A DNA stretch of 64,000 bases from an uncultured Halioglobus sp. GTDB taxonomy: Bacteria; Pseudomonadota; Gammaproteobacteria; Pseudomonadales; Halieaceae. Below are positions 39,159 to 49,638 of the stretch, piece after piece. Location: contig CAXBLZ010000005.1 in assembly GCA_963976735.1 (NCBI GenBank), forward strand, positions 2,559 through 66,558, given 5' to 3'. Under the pieces are notes generated by a model. It searched no databases and was not told where the DNA came from. It saw only the letters and a list, made by a program, of their open reading frames with translations. Position 1 is the first letter of the stretch; every line of letters starts with the position of its first letter. Both the position numbers and the translations under genes were made by a program.

Positions 39159-40784
39159 TTACATGCGCGCGATGCCAAAGCTGTTTGGTCGCACGCTGCG
39201 ATGTCTGGTTTCCCACACGGTTTCCAGCAGGAAGCCCAGCGTCTTGCGCGTTTCGCGTGGATCAATCATGCCGTCGTCCAGCATGTGCCCGGAGGTATAG
39301 AAGGCGCTGGACTGGCTGTCGAAAATATTGGCCAGGAACGCCTCCTGCTTGGCGAGTGCGTCCTCATCCGGTTGCTGTCCCAGCGCAGCGGCTTTACCGC
39401 GCGCGACCTCCGACATGGTTTTCGCGGCCTGTTCGCCGCCCATTACGCCGGTGCGGGCGTTGGGAAAGGTATACAGGAAGTCGGGCTCGAAGTGGCGGCC
39501 GCACATGCCGTAATTGCCAGCCCCGAAGCTGGCACCGGTCATCATCGTGATGCGCGGCACTTCCAGGTTGCGCACCGCCTGGATCATCTTCGAGCCGTGT
39601 TTGATCATCCCTGCGCGTTCCGATTTTGTGCCCACGATGTAGCCGGTGGTGTTCTGCAGGAACACCACCGGGATATTGGACTGGTCGCACAACTGCAGGA
39701 ACTGCGTGGCCTTGGTGGCACCCTCCGGATCGATCGGGCCGTTGTTGCCGAGAATGCCGCAGGGCAGGCCAAAAATGTCAGCCTGAATGCACACTGTGGA
39801 GGCACCGTAGCGGGATTTGAAATCCATGAAGTCGGAGCCGTCCACCACCCGCGCCACCAGCTCGCGCATATCGTAGGGGTTGCGGTAATCGCAGGGAATC
39901 ACGCCGGCCAGTTCATCGGCCTCGTACAGGGGCTCGCGGAAGGCGCGCCGCGCCGGGGTGGCGCAATCCTTGTTCCACTGCAGTCGGTGCATCAATTCAC
40001 GGCACATCTGCACCGCCTGGCCATCATTCTCTGCCAGGTATTCCGCCAGCCCGGACACCGAGGCGTGCATTTCAGCACCGCCCAGTTCTTCCTCGGTGGC
40101 GACCTCGCCGGTGGCCGCCTTCAGCAGCGGCGGGCCGGCCAGAAAGGCGCGACCGTTGTTCTTCACCGCGATCACATAATCGCTGAGGCCCGGCATGTAG
40201 GCGCCACCGGCTGTCGAGGAACCGTGCAGGATGGAGATCACCGGGATGCCCGCCTTGCTCAGTTTGGCGAGGTTACCGAATAGCATGCCGCCCTGGGAAA
40301 AAGCCTCCACGGTATAGTTGATGAGGTCGCCGCCAGCGCTTTCCACCAGATGTACGAAGGGCAGCTTTTGCTGCAGCGCGATCTCCTCACAGCGGCGCAC
40401 ACGGTAACCACCGGCGGTCGTGAGTGTGCCGGCCATGATGCCGCTGTCGTCCACCACCACCATGCAGCGCACGCCACTGATAAACCCGATACCGGAGATG
40501 ATGGTGGAGCCGGGAATAGACTTTTCCGGATCGCTGCTGTCCACCAGGTAGCCGGCGATATTGCCCACGGTGAGGAAGGGCATGCCGGGATCGAGCAGGC
40601 GGGCGAGTCGCTCGCGTGGGGTCAATTGTCCGCGCGCTTCAAAGCGCGGTTTGCGCTGCTCGGAAATCATGGCACCGCGCGCGTTCAGCACTTCCAACTG
40701 CCCAATCAGCTCCAGCATCTCCCGCCGGTTTTTCGCGTAGCCCTCGGAGTTTACGTTGATCTTTGAGTTAAACACTGGCATCAC
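39159..40784 (-). CDS. atuC: Geranyl-CoA carboxylase beta subunit (carboxyltransferase)
   Basis: RERLARLLDPG, HLVESAGG, HGSSTAGGAY, FLQNTTG, GAGNYGMCGR. Overlaps the atuA stop. Confidence 0.88.
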   Translation of the reverse strand: MMPVFNSKINVNSEGYAKNRREMLELIGQLEVLNARGAMISEQRKPRFEARGQLTPRERLARLLDPGMPFLTVGNIAGYLVDSSDPEKSIPGSTIISGIGFISGVRCMVVVDDSGIMAGTLTTAGGYRVRRCEEIALQQKLPFVHLVESAGGDLINYTVEAFSQGGMLFGNLAKLSKAGIPVISILHGSSTAGGAYMPGLSDYVIAVKNNGRAFLAGPPLLKAATGEVATEEELGGAEMHASVSGLAEYLAENDGQAVQMCRELMHRLQWNKDCATPARRAFREPLYEADELAGVIPCDYRNPYDMRELVARVVDGSDFMDFKSRYGASTVCIQADIFGLPCGILGNNGPIDPEGATKATQFLQLCDQSNIPVVFLQNTTGYIVGTKSERAGMIKHGSKMIQAVRNLEVPRITMMTGASFGAGNYGMCGRHFEPDFLYTFPNARTGVMGGEQAAKTMSEVARGKAAALGQQPDEDALAKQEAFLANIFDSQSSAFYTSGHMLDDGMIDPRETRKTLGFLLETVWETRHRSVRPNSFGIARM

Positions 40785-42595
40785 AGGGTCTCCGCGATAG
40801 TGGCCGCAATTTTTTCAGGTATCGGAATGGGGCAGGACAATAACAGCTGTGCATAACCCTTGCCCTGGGGGTCGTTGCGCAGGCTGGCGACGCCGCCGCC
40901 GCCAAGCACATCGTGTAACAGGAAGTTGAGGGCGTGGGCGCCGGGCAGGAGGAAGCGTTCAACACTGTCCGCTGAGCTGTCGGCGAGGAAGTGGGCGAAG
41001 CGCTGCTGCACCACGTCTGCGGTGAGCGCATCACAGATATAGGGCAGGTATTCCGCCCGCCGCGCAATGATGCCGACATTCGCCTTGTTGCCCTTGTCGC
41101 CGCTGCGGCCCCACGCCAGTGCGATCAGCGGCACCTCGACACTGTCAGTGGTGGCTGCTGCGTGCGGTGTTTCCGGTCGCGCGATGGTGGAGGTATCCAG
41201 TGCTTCACCGTGGACTTCATCACAGGCCGCCGTGTCATCCCCAAGCACAATACTCACCTGCACCTCTGCCTTGGGCACTGTGAATGAAAACAGGCGCACC
41301 ACCGGTGAGGGGCTGGGGCGGCTACCGGCGAAACCGGACAGGCCCGGCGGTGTCGCCAGGCCGAGCCCGACCGCTTCCTTGAGCAGGATGCCGATGCCGA
41401 TGCTCTCGGGGTGCTTGGCGGCGATTTTCATCACCACCTCGCGGCTGCTGCTGACCTCGCTGAACTGGCCGTACTGGCTCTCGGTGCCCAGCAGCTCGAT
41501 ACTGGTCTCGCTGAAGTCCGCCAGGCCAAAGGTGTTAAAGACATTGCGGGCCGCCTCGAACACGGCGTCACCGAGGGCGCGGGCCTTGCGGTCTGCGTCT
41601 ATGCCGTAGAAACTCATATAGGTGCCGCCGCGGAATTCATCGGCGTACGTGGCACTGACTTTATAGGTGTCAGGGGCTTGCCTGCCCGTTGCGCCGGACA
41701 CCCGCACCCGGTTCTCGCCCACCTGCTCGATACGGGCGGTGGAGAAGTCACACACCACATCGGGCAATATATAGGCTTGCGGATCGCCAATTTCGTAAAG
41801 CATCTGCTCGCTCACAGTGCCCACGTTGACCACGCCGCCGGTGCCCTCGGGCTTGGTGCAGACGAAACTGCCATCGGCGGAGATTTCGGCCACAGGGTAA
41901 CCGATGTTCGCGATGCCGGGCACCTGCTCCCAGTCGGTGAAGTTGCCGCCGCTGGCCTGTGGCCCGCACTCCAGGATGTGGCCCGCCAGAGAGCCCATGG
42001 CCAACTGGTCGAGGTCGTCGCGGCCCCAGCCAAACGCATGTATGCATGCGCCCAGTGTCACCGCGCTGTCGACACAGCGCCCGGTGATGACAATATCGGC
42101 ACCCATTGCCAGTGCGCGGGCGATCGGGAATGCGCCCAGATAGGCATTGATGCTGAGAATTTTCTCCAGCGGTGGAAACGCCGCACCGGAAAACATCTCC
42201 GTGATACCCGATGCCTGCAGCGCATCTTTGTTGTCGAGTAGATCGTCGCCGCTCACGCAGGCGACCTTGAGACTCAGGCCCTGCTCGGCGATCTCTGCGC
42301 ACAGGGCCTGCACGCAGGCGTCGGGATTCACGCCGCCGGCATTGGAGATGACCTTGATACCGCGCTCGGCGATCAGTGCCAGACTGGGTTTCATGGCCGC
42401 GCTGACAAAATCAGCGGCATAGCCCTTGCGCGGATCTTTAGCCCTGGCGCGCGCCATGATGGACATCGTGATCTCGGCCAGGTAGTCGTAGACGATGTAA
42501 TCCAGTCCGGGGGTATTCACCAGTTGCGGCGTGGCCCGGGCGGCGTCACCCCAAAAGCCGCTGGCACCGCCGATACGCAATAGCCTGTCTGCCAT
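40781..42595 (-). CDS. atuA: Acyclic terpene utilization protein AtuA
   Basis: RIGGASGFWGD, YDYLAEITMSI, GHILECG, YEIGDP, GRSGDKGN, DPQGKG. Confidence 0.95.
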   Translation of the reverse strand: MADRLLRIGGASGFWGDAARATPQLVNTPGLDYIVYDYLAEITMSIMARARAKDPRKGYAADFVSAAMKPSLALIAERGIKVISNAGGVNPDACVQALCAEIAEQGLSLKVACVSGDDLLDNKDALQASGITEMFSGAAFPPLEKILSINAYLGAFPIARALAMGADIVITGRCVDSAVTLGACIHAFGWGRDDLDQLAMGSLAGHILECGPQASGGNFTDWEQVPGIANIGYPVAEISADGSFVCTKPEGTGGVVNVGTVSEQMLYEIGDPQAYILPDVVCDFSTARIEQVGENRVRVSGATGRQAPDTYKVSATYADEFRGGTYMSFYGIDADRKARALGDAVFEAARNVFNTFGLADFSETSIELLGTESQYGQFSEVSSSREVVMKIAAKHPESIGIGILLKEAVGLGLATPPGLSGFAGSRPSPSPVVRLFSFTVPKAEVQVSIVLGDDTAACDEVHGEALDTSTIARPETPHAAATTDSVEVPLIALAWGRSGDKGNKANVGIIARRAEYLPYICDALTADVVQQRFAHFLADSSADSVERFLLPGAHALNFLLHDVLGGGGVASLRNDPQGKGYAQLLLSCPIPIPEKIAATIAETL

Positions 42596-42703
42596 GTTCT
42601 TATTCCCGTCTCAACGCGTACGAGGCAGTATAGTACTGGATGAGTGGCCCCGGCACATGGGATTGCATGCCATCCTTGTGTGAGTTCGCGCCAGCCGCTG
42701 TCG

Positions 42704-43945
42704 CTATGCCTGCGGTGGATCGCCCTGCACAGTGTGTGTTACCTGCCGCCCGGCGATCGCTCGCAACAGTATCAACAGCGCCAGCAGCGTTAACACCGCC
42801 GAGGCAAAAAACGGTGCGCCGGGGAAGTACACAATCGCGTCATCGGAGCTGAAGTAGGAAAAAAGTTGCGTCATGAACAGCGGGCTGAGTATCGCTACCA
42901 GGCCACTCATGCTGCCGAGAGCACCCTGCAGTTCGCCCTGCGCATTGGCCGGGATGCGCGCCGACATAATGCTTTGCAGCGACGGCACCACAAACCCCTG
43001 CAGTGCACCCAGTGCGATGATCGGGTACATCATCCAGCCATACGGTACAAAGGCGTATGCGATGAAGCTCAGCGTGGTGGCGATGAAACCGACGATAGCG
43101 GTTTTTATCGGCCCCCACACCGGCAACACTTTGCGGATGAGGAAGCCCTGCACGAAAATCATCGCGACGCCGACTACGCTCAATGAGAAGCCGATTTCAC
43201 GCGGTGACCAGTCAAATTTCTCGATCGTGAAGAACGCCCAGATACTCGGAAGCGAGAAGTGGCCCAACATATAGAAGAAGTACACTACTACCAGTGCGAT
43301 CACCTCCGGGTAGTGCCATAGCTGCCTGAACGCTCCCAACGGGTTGGCGCGGGCGAGGTCAAACTCCCGGCGGTTTTCCATTTTGTGGGATTCGGGCAAC
43401 ACGAAAAACCCGTAAATGACATTGATAAACGCCAGCAATCCCGCCGCGTAAAACGGTGTGCGGGGGCCGAACTCGCCGAGGAAACCACCGACGGCGGGGC
43501 CGATGATAAACCCGGTGCCGAACCCCGCACCCAGCAGCGCGAAGTACTGCGCGCGCTTTTCCGGGGGAAAGGTATCGGCGATATAGGCGTTGGCAATGCC
43601 GTATGTTGAGGCGGAAATGCCGCCGATGATGCGCCCCACAAACAACCACACCAGTGTCGGCGCCCAACCCATCAACAGATAGTTGCAGCCCATTGCCAGT
43701 AGCGAGCACAGCAGGACAGGCCTGCGCCCGAAACGATCAGAGAGATTTCCCAGTAGCGGTGAGGAGATAAACTGCATGCCGGCAAAGGCGAACAACAGGA
43801 AGCCGCTGATGCGTGCGGCGTGGGTCAGGTCCTCGCCGGAAATATCCATTATCAGTTGTGGCACAACCGGCATGATGATGCCGAATCCGATGGAGTCCAG
43901 CAGTACCGTGATAAAAATAAACCCAAAGGCTAACTGCGGACGCAT
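42704..43945 (-). CDS. TCR/Tet-family MFS efflux transporter
   Basis: 12 TM helices; [11 protein letters not shown] (motif A), [16 protein letters not shown]. Confidence 0.93.
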   Translation of the reverse strand: MRPQLAFGFIFITVLLDSIGFGIIMPVVPQLIMDISGEDLTHAARISGFLLFAFAGMQFISSPLLGNLSDRFGRRPVLLCSLLAMGCNYLLMGWAPTLVWLFVGRIIGGISASTYGIANAYIADTFPPEKRAQYFALLGAGFGTGFIIGPAVGGFLGEFGPRTPFYAAGLLAFINVIYGFFVLPESHKMENRREFDLARANPLGAFRQLWHYPEVIALVVVYFFYMLGHFSLPSIWAFFTIEKFDWSPREIGFSLSVVGVAMIFVQGFLIRKVLPVWGPIKTAIVGFIATTLSFIAYAFVPYGWMMYPIIALGALQGFVVPSLQSIMSARIPANAQGELQGALGSMSGLVAILSPLFMTQLFSYFSSDDAIVYFPGAPFFASAVLTLLALLILLRAIAGRQVTHTVQGDPPQA

Positions 43946-43987
43946 GGCTCCCCCCAATAGAGGCGCAGACTAGCATGCGTATTTGGC

Positions 43988-44005
43988 CCAGTTCAAACGA
44001 ACTGG
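43988..44005 (-). terminator. Hairpin downstream of the GH-like gene
   Basis: CCAGTTC-AAAC-GAACTGG perfect 7-bp stem; the U tract is weak. Confidence 0.35.
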
Positions 44006-44031
44006 CCGCTGGCGAAGGTTTGCTCGATCGA

Positions 44032-45171
44032 TTACTGCGGGGGCTGGTAGGGAATTGCCAGGAACAGATCCCACAGTGCGGCGACCGGTTTTGGCGTGCC
44101 ATCGGGATTAAACAGTCCGGCATAGGCCCAGGACAGCGAAATCGGGTTGTTCCCGTAGTTCTCTGCGTAATCTACCGTAAAGAAATTGACCGCGAACAGA
44201 ACGTCCGACTGGTAGCAAGCGGCCAGTAAATAGTAGATCGTATTGAGCTGCACCTCCTCCGAGCCCCTAAGAATAACCGGACCCACATCCACATCCCGCG
44301 ACAAACTGCCCATCTGGTCGATCGCTACCGGTATCCCATGCACGGTAGCCAGATTGAATGCGAGATCGTAGTAGCCATCGTAAATCTGGTTGTTGTAGGA
44401 GAGATAGGGGAATGTACTGATCACGAATGCGTCGCTGTAAAACATCAGCTCGTACATTTCCCACCACAGAACTGTCGGGTAGAACGCCGACAGGTAATCG
44501 GCCAACTGGCGGGAGGCGTCATGCAGGCCCAGCATATGCTCATACTGGATTGTGGGGAAAACATACAGGTCGGGGTAGCGCTGCTTGAGTTCTGTGTAGA
44601 GGTACTGGTTGAGTTGCTTGTAGTCACTCCACACGTCGAATCGTTTCGCCATCAGGATATTGATCTCGACACCCAGTCCAAAATACTCTGGCTGAAACGC
44701 CTCAATGAGCGCAATCGAATAATTCAGCAGGGCGGTTTTGACTTGCGGTGAATTGAATGCCGCCGTATCCCAGGGAGCGCCCAGCGGTTGGCCCGGTCCG
44801 TTCTCATTCCAGAGTGTGGCCAGGCTGTTGTACTGGATATTGGTTGGCAGCATGGACACATACCTGGCCATACCCGGGACATTGTTGGCATCGGCCTCAA
44901 GCAGAAAATCCCATTCCTGCTGCAGGCTGGCGGGATAATCCCTGTAACTGGAACTGGTCAGGGCGTCATCCCATGGGATCCCGGCCTGGAATGTGTGGCT
45001 GATCAGGTCAGCGTGCTGCTGAATGATCTGGTAGGACTGGTCGTAGCCGGCCGCATCAAAGCTGGGAGGATAGGGTGTGAACCCCATGCGAAACTCGCGG
45101 ACATAGGTTTGCTGCGCGAAAACCGGCAACGCGACGAGGACAACAAGTAGGACAAGTAAACGTCTGAGCAT
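44032..45171 (-). CDS. Secreted glycoside hydrolase-like (clan GH-A-like TIM barrel) protein
   Basis: Sec signal ending VFA. Trp/Tyr rich. LGVEIN at a beta4-like position, PVAIDQMG at a beta7-like position, C-terminal GLFNPDGTPKP. Confidence 0.65.
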   Translation of the reverse strand: MLRRLLVLLVVLVALPVFAQQTYVREFRMGFTPYPPSFDAAGYDQSYQIIQQHADLISHTFQAGIPWDDALTSSSYRDYPASLQQEWDFLLEADANNVPGMARYVSMLPTNIQYNSLATLWNENGPGQPLGAPWDTAAFNSPQVKTALLNYSIALIEAFQPEYFGLGVEINILMAKRFDVWSDYKQLNQYLYTELKQRYPDLYVFPTIQYEHMLGLHDASRQLADYLSAFYPTVLWWEMYELMFYSDAFVISTFPYLSYNNQIYDGYYDLAFNLATVHGIPVAIDQMGSLSRDVDVGPVILRGSEEVQLNTIYYLLAACYQSDVLFAVNFFTVDYAENYGNNPISLSWAYAGLFNPDGTPKPVAALWDLFLAIPYQPPQ

Positions 45172-45384
45172 GACAAAGCATCCCTGCAGGTATTTATCCG
45201 AAAAACCCCGCATAGGAACCGCGAGCAATTCTTGTGCCCAATCCGATAATTGCTATAAGAAGCAATACGCAACAGCGATCCTTTGCTATCCGGACGCGGT
45301 CATTGCAGCTCAAGTGTAAAAAATGCTGACAGGCCTGTTCAGGTCGCGCTGAGCGCCGCCAACGCCCGTTTCGCACAACAGCAA

Positions 45385-45415
45385 TTGACATGTTTGCAGA
45401 TGATGACAATATACT
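45385..45415 (+). promoter_or_regulatory. Possible sigma70 promoter for the diguanylate cyclase
   Basis: TTGACA (45385-90) and TATACT (45410-15), but the 19-bp spacer is long. Confidence 0.4.
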
Positions 45416-45524
45416 GGCGATTGTCTCGACTGGACTCAGGTGATCCCGCGCGGTTGGTGATGCCTGATGGAACGGCCCCCCCGGAACGTTCAGCTACCAG
45501 ATGCAGGCGCGCTCATGAGATTCT

Positions 45525-47417
45525 ATGTTTAAAACCATTTTCCTGTCGCTGCTTATCACCCTTTGCTTTAGTGCGCCTGTCGCTGCCCTGTCGGCGCCCA
45601 AGGCAGAGGGCGGCGAACTCGATCTGCGGCATTGGAATTTTGAGCGCGATGGCACTATTCGCCTCGATGGTCGCTGGCTGTTCTACTGGCAGGATTTCAT
45701 TCCGCCAGCGCAGCGCGCGCTGGCAAGCGACGACACCATCGTTGTGCCAGGAACCTGGAACGGCCATGAGTATGGAGACAAGCAGGTTGTGACCGGGCAC
45801 GGTTACGCCAGCTATCAGTTGCGCGTGTTGCTGCCGCCCGACTCCCCGCATCTCGCGCTGAAAGTGGTTGATATCGGCGAGGCGTTCAAGCTCTACGTCA
45901 ATGGCCAGCTGCTGCACTCCGTTGGAGAACTGGGCACGAATGCGCGCGATTCCAAGCCGGCGTTCGCGCGCAGTGTGCTGACGCTCCCTACGGATATCGG
46001 GAGCGAGATGAATATCGTGATTCATGTGTCGAATTATCACTATCGCAGCGGTGGCGTGTGGAAGGTGATGACACTCGGCGAAGTCTCCGCGATTCGCCAC
46101 GCGCATGAACTGGCATTGAGCTATGCGATATTTCTGGTGGGCAGTATTGGTTTTATTGCCCTCTACCATATCGCCCTGTATCTGCAGCGCCGCCAGGATG
46201 CATCGCCGTTGTTTTTTGGCCTGTTCTGCCTGATTGTGTTGGTCCGCATTCTGGCCACCGATGACGAATACCTGACGCTATTGATACCGTCTATCTCCTA
46301 TTCGATGCTGGTGCGCCTGGAGTATGTGTCGTTTCTGTTGGCGGTCCCCGCTTTCGCCGGGTTTGTTTCCAATCTGGTCCCCGGGTCCTACCCTGAGTGG
46401 ATTTCGCGTCTGTGCATCTTCCTGGGCCTGGCCTTTACGGCTTTTGTGATGGTGACACCGGCCGAGGTGTTTTCCGAGTTCCTGGTCGTATTTCAAATCT
46501 ATCTGGTGGGCAGTGTCTGTTTTGGACTCTATATCTTTACCCGCTGTGTAGTGGAGCAGCGAGAAGTGGCCAAGGCCTTCCTGTTTGGCTTTACCGTACT
46601 GGCGATCGCTATCGTGCACGATGTGCTCATGTCGCTGGATGTCATCAGGACCCCCGTTTTTCTCGCCGGCGCCGGTATGCTCTGTTTCATCGTGATTCAG
46701 TCGTATGCGTTGTCCCTGCGCTTTGCCAAATCATTTACAGAGGTCGAAGCCTTGTCGCGTGAACTGGAGGACTACACCCACACGCTGGAGTCCAGGGTTG
46801 AGCGACGAACCAGGGAACTGGAGATTGCTAACAGGAAGCTGGAGCAGCTTGTCAGTGTCGACGGCTTGACCGGCATTGCAAACAGGCGCGCATTCGACGA
46901 CATACTCAATCGTGAATGGGTTGGCCATACCCGGCGTTCGTCGCAGTTGGCCCTGATCCTTTGCGATGTGGACTATTTCAAGCGGTACAACGATTTTTAC
47001 GGACACCTGGAGGGCGACGACGCATTGTGCAAGGTCGCTCATTGTCTCAGTGCGACCCTACAGCGGGAAGTGGATGCCGTGGCGCGTTATGGCGGCGAAG
47101 AGTTTGCCATTATATTGCCGGACACCAACCTGGACGGCGCCATGAAGATTGCCGAGCGTGTCAACAGGGCCGTGCGTGATTTGCATATCCTCCACCAGGG
47201 CTCAGCGGTAAGCCATGAGTTGACGATGAGTTGTGGTGTGGCGGCGATTGTTCCAACCGAAAAGCTCAGGCCAGGAGATCTGGTCGGCCTGGCCGACAGC
47301 GCGCTATACAGCGCCAAAGAGAAGGGCCGAAACCGGGTAGCTGCCGCCAGCAGTGAACTGAGCGCCGTTGAGAAAAGCCAGCAGTCGACTCGCCAGAACC
47401 CAATGCAGCAGGCCTAG
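45525..47417 (+). CDS. 7TM-DISM sensor diguanylate cyclase
   Basis: Signal peptide, jelly-roll sugar-binding-like domain (LDGRWLFYW, VPGTW), 7 TM helices, coiled coil, DGLTGIANRR, DVDYFKRYND, RxxD I-site (REVD), GGEEF. Confidence 0.93.
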   Translation: MFKTIFLSLLITLCFSAPVAALSAPKAEGGELDLRHWNFERDGTIRLDGRWLFYWQDFIPPAQRALASDDTIVVPGTWNGHEYGDKQVVTGHGYASYQLRVLLPPDSPHLALKVVDIGEAFKLYVNGQLLHSVGELGTNARDSKPAFARSVLTLPTDIGSEMNIVIHVSNYHYRSGGVWKVMTLGEVSAIRHAHELALSYAIFLVGSIGFIALYHIALYLQRRQDASPLFFGLFCLIVLVRILATDDEYLTLLIPSISYSMLVRLEYVSFLLAVPAFAGFVSNLVPGSYPEWISRLCIFLGLAFTAFVMVTPAEVFSEFLVVFQIYLVGSVCFGLYIFTRCVVEQREVAKAFLFGFTVLAIAIVHDVLMSLDVIRTPVFLAGAGMLCFIVIQSYALSLRFAKSFTEVEALSRELEDYTHTLESRVERRTRELEIANRKLEQLVSVDGLTGIANRRAFDDILNREWVGHTRRSSQLALILCDVDYFKRYNDFYGHLEGDDALCKVAHCLSATLQREVDAVARYGGEEFAIILPDTNLDGAMKIAERVNRAVRDLHILHQGSAVSHELTMSCGVAAIVPTEKLRPGDLVGLADSALYSAKEKGRNRVAAASSELSAVEKSQQSTRQNPMQQA

Positions 47418-47436
47418 TCCAGTATGTCTGGCGTGT

Positions 47437-47835
47437 CTATTCAGGAAGCTCCGGAAACTGCTTCGTCCCGGCCAGTTCCCTCTCCCAACTGGCTTGACTC
47501 GCTGTGTAGATATGCGCCTCGGGTTTCATCGCCACCTCATCATCGAGGCAGCCTGCGGGGACGATGCAAACCTCATTATCCGGCTCTACAATCGGCAGTG
47601 CCGAACCGCAGGTTGAGCAAAAACTCTTGGTGTGACGACTTGCTTCAAGCAAAAAGTTTGTCACCTTTTCTTCACCGGACAGCCACTTCAAAGCGCTTTT
47701 TTTTGTAAACAGGTTGGCTGCATGCGCAGAACCGGAATCCTTGCGGCAGTAGGAGCAGTGGCATATAAAAAAATGCTCGAATTCTCCCTCGATTTCAAAG
47801 CTGACCTGGCCACACAGGCAGGATCCTTTTGTCAT
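47437..47835 (-). CDS. GFA/CENP-V family zinc protein
   Basis: GSCLCG, CHCSYCRK, FCSTCGS. Confidence 0.92.
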   Translation of the reverse strand: MTKGSCLCGQVSFEIEGEFEHFFICHCSYCRKDSGSAHAANLFTKKSALKWLSGEEKVTNFLLEASRHTKSFCSTCGSALPIVEPDNEVCIVPAGCLDDEVAMKPEAHIYTASQASWERELAGTKQFPELPE

Positions 47836-47848
47836 TGTAGTGCTCCTG

Positions 47849-48721
47849 TTACCACCACGGATAAAAGTCAGGCATGTCGGTAGACGTGCGATCCTCAAAC
47901 ACCGGGGCCCGCTTTTCCAGAAACGACTTCACGCCTTCCTTACCGCTGTTGAGGCTGGCGTAGTAAATCGCCAGAGAGTCCACCTTGTGGGCTTCGATAG
48001 GGTGCGGCTGCGCCGAGCAGCGGTACATCATCTGTCGTGTCATCGCGATGGCCACCGGGCTGTGCTGCGCGATGCGCCGCGCGATCTTGTAGGCTTCCTC
48101 CAGCAGTTCATCGGCGGGTACTACGGCGGTGACGAAGCGCCCTGCCAGCGCCTGTTCGGCCTTGAGTATCTCTGCGCTGTACACCCACTCCAGCGCCTGT
48201 GAGATACCCACGATACGCGGCAGGAACCAGCTGGAACAGGCTTCCGGTGTGATGCCGATCTTGTTAAACACAAAGCCGATGCGCGCGTGCTCAGACGCGA
48301 GGCGGATGTCCATCGCGCAGGTCATGGTGGCTCCGATACCGACGGCCGCGCCGTTGATGGCGGCGATAACCGGCTTGTTGCAGTCATAGATCGCCAGCGT
48401 TACGCGGCCGCCAGTGTCACGCACGCCAGCGATAATCTTGGGGTCGTCCAGGCGGTTTTCCATATCGTCCATGGTCGGCTTCAGGTTTTCGTTCAGGCCG
48501 AAGACGTTGCCGTCCACCGAGAGATCCATGCCGGCACAGAAGGCGCGGCCTTCGCCTGTCACTACCACCGCGCGCACCTCGTCGTCATCGCTGGCGCGAT
48601 TGAACGCGTCGATAAGTTCGTGCGCCATCTCGACAGTAAACGAATTGAGTTGGTCGGGCCGGTTCAGCGTCAGGGTCAGGATGCTGTCGGCGACTTCATA
48701 GCGCAGAGTGTTGTAGGACAT
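47849..48721 (-). CDS. Enoyl-CoA hydratase/crotonase
   Basis: AFCAGMDL, NGAAVGIG, PEACSSWFLPR. Confidence 0.93.
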   Translation of the reverse strand: MSYNTLRYEVADSILTLTLNRPDQLNSFTVEMAHELIDAFNRASDDDEVRAVVVTGEGRAFCAGMDLSVDGNVFGLNENLKPTMDDMENRLDDPKIIAGVRDTGGRVTLAIYDCNKPVIAAINGAAVGIGATMTCAMDIRLASEHARIGFVFNKIGITPEACSSWFLPRIVGISQALEWVYSAEILKAEQALAGRFVTAVVPADELLEEAYKIARRIAQHSPVAIAMTRQMMYRCSAQPHPIEAHKVDSLAIYYASLNSGKEGVKSFLEKRAPVFEDRTSTDMPDFYPWW

Positions 48722-48748
48722 AGTGGTCTCCTGTTGTCGATGGAAGAA

Positions 48749-49552
48749 TCAGTTGCCGGTAAATTGGGGTGGGCGCTTCTCGAAGAAGGCCAGCGCGCCC
48801 TCCAGTGCATCCTCCGTGCCCTGGGCGAGCAGGAACTGGTCGGCGTCCATATAGCTGACGGCGTTGTCCAGCGCGGTGACACTGGCGTTGATCGCCTTTT
48901 TGGTCATGCGCACGGGAATCGGCGGCATGGCGGCGACCTGTCTGGCCAGCTCGCGGGCGCGGTTCATCGCCTCTCCGGGTGCGCAGAGGTAGTCAAACAA
49001 ACCCCAGCGCTGTGCAGTGGTGGCGTCCAGCGGTTCGCCCAGAATCAGTAACTGTTTGGTCCTGGCCGGGCCGATCAGGTGCGTGAAACGGGGTACGCTT
49101 TGCCAGCTCATATTCATGCCCAGCTTGAGTTCCGGCACATAGAACGAGGCATTGCTGGCAGCGACCCGCCAGTCACAGGCCACGGCGAGCGCCGTGCCTC
49201 CACCGATGCACCAGCCCTCTATCGCGACAATAGTGACCGGTTCCAGTGCTTCCCACGCCGCGCACATGGCCGGTCCCACTTTCACCAGTTGGCGGCGCTC
49301 GGCCACGGTCATGCTGCCGGCCTGTGCCGCCTCGGGATCTTTCAGGTCCATGCCGGCGGTGAAGATATCCGCTGTGCCGGTGAGAATGATGGCGCTCAGT
49401 TCGCTGTCGAACTGCAACTCCTGTGCGAGCTGTGTCAGCTCACGCATCAGCGCATTGCCCAGGCTGTTGACCTTGTTGGGCGAGCGAAAGCTTACTTCCA
49501 GTACGCGGCCGTCGCGGTGCAGGCTCAGGTACTGCCACGGTGTGTCGCTCAT
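48749..49552 (-). CDS. Enoyl-CoA hydratase/isomerase family
   Basis: FTAGMDL, EGWCIGGG, PELKLG. ATG 49552. Confidence 0.92.
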   Translation of the reverse strand: MSDTPWQYLSLHRDGRVLEVSFRSPNKVNSLGNALMRELTQLAQELQFDSELSAIILTGTADIFTAGMDLKDPEAAQAGSMTVAERRQLVKVGPAMCAAWEALEPVTIVAIEGWCIGGGTALAVACDWRVAASNASFYVPELKLGMNMSWQSVPRFTHLIGPARTKQLLILGEPLDATTAQRWGLFDYLCAPGEAMNRARELARQVAAMPPIPVRMTKKAINASVTALDNAVSYMDADQFLLAQGTEDALEGALAFFEKRPPQFTGN

Positions 49553-49638
49553 TGCGATGTCTCCCCGGCACGCATAGTTACGAGGCACAGCCTATGGGCA
49601 TATTCACACTGGCGCAACTGGCAGTGTCGGGATTGCAA

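Noticed and set aside
36935-39550. 871-aa plus-strand ORF
   Set aside because: Antisense shadow of atuF/E/C with no domain signatures.
42626-42638. CAGTA-TAG-TACTG palindrome upstream of atuA as an AtuR site
   Set aside because: Only 5-bp arms, it overlaps a likely -10 (TATACT), and no atuR is in the window.
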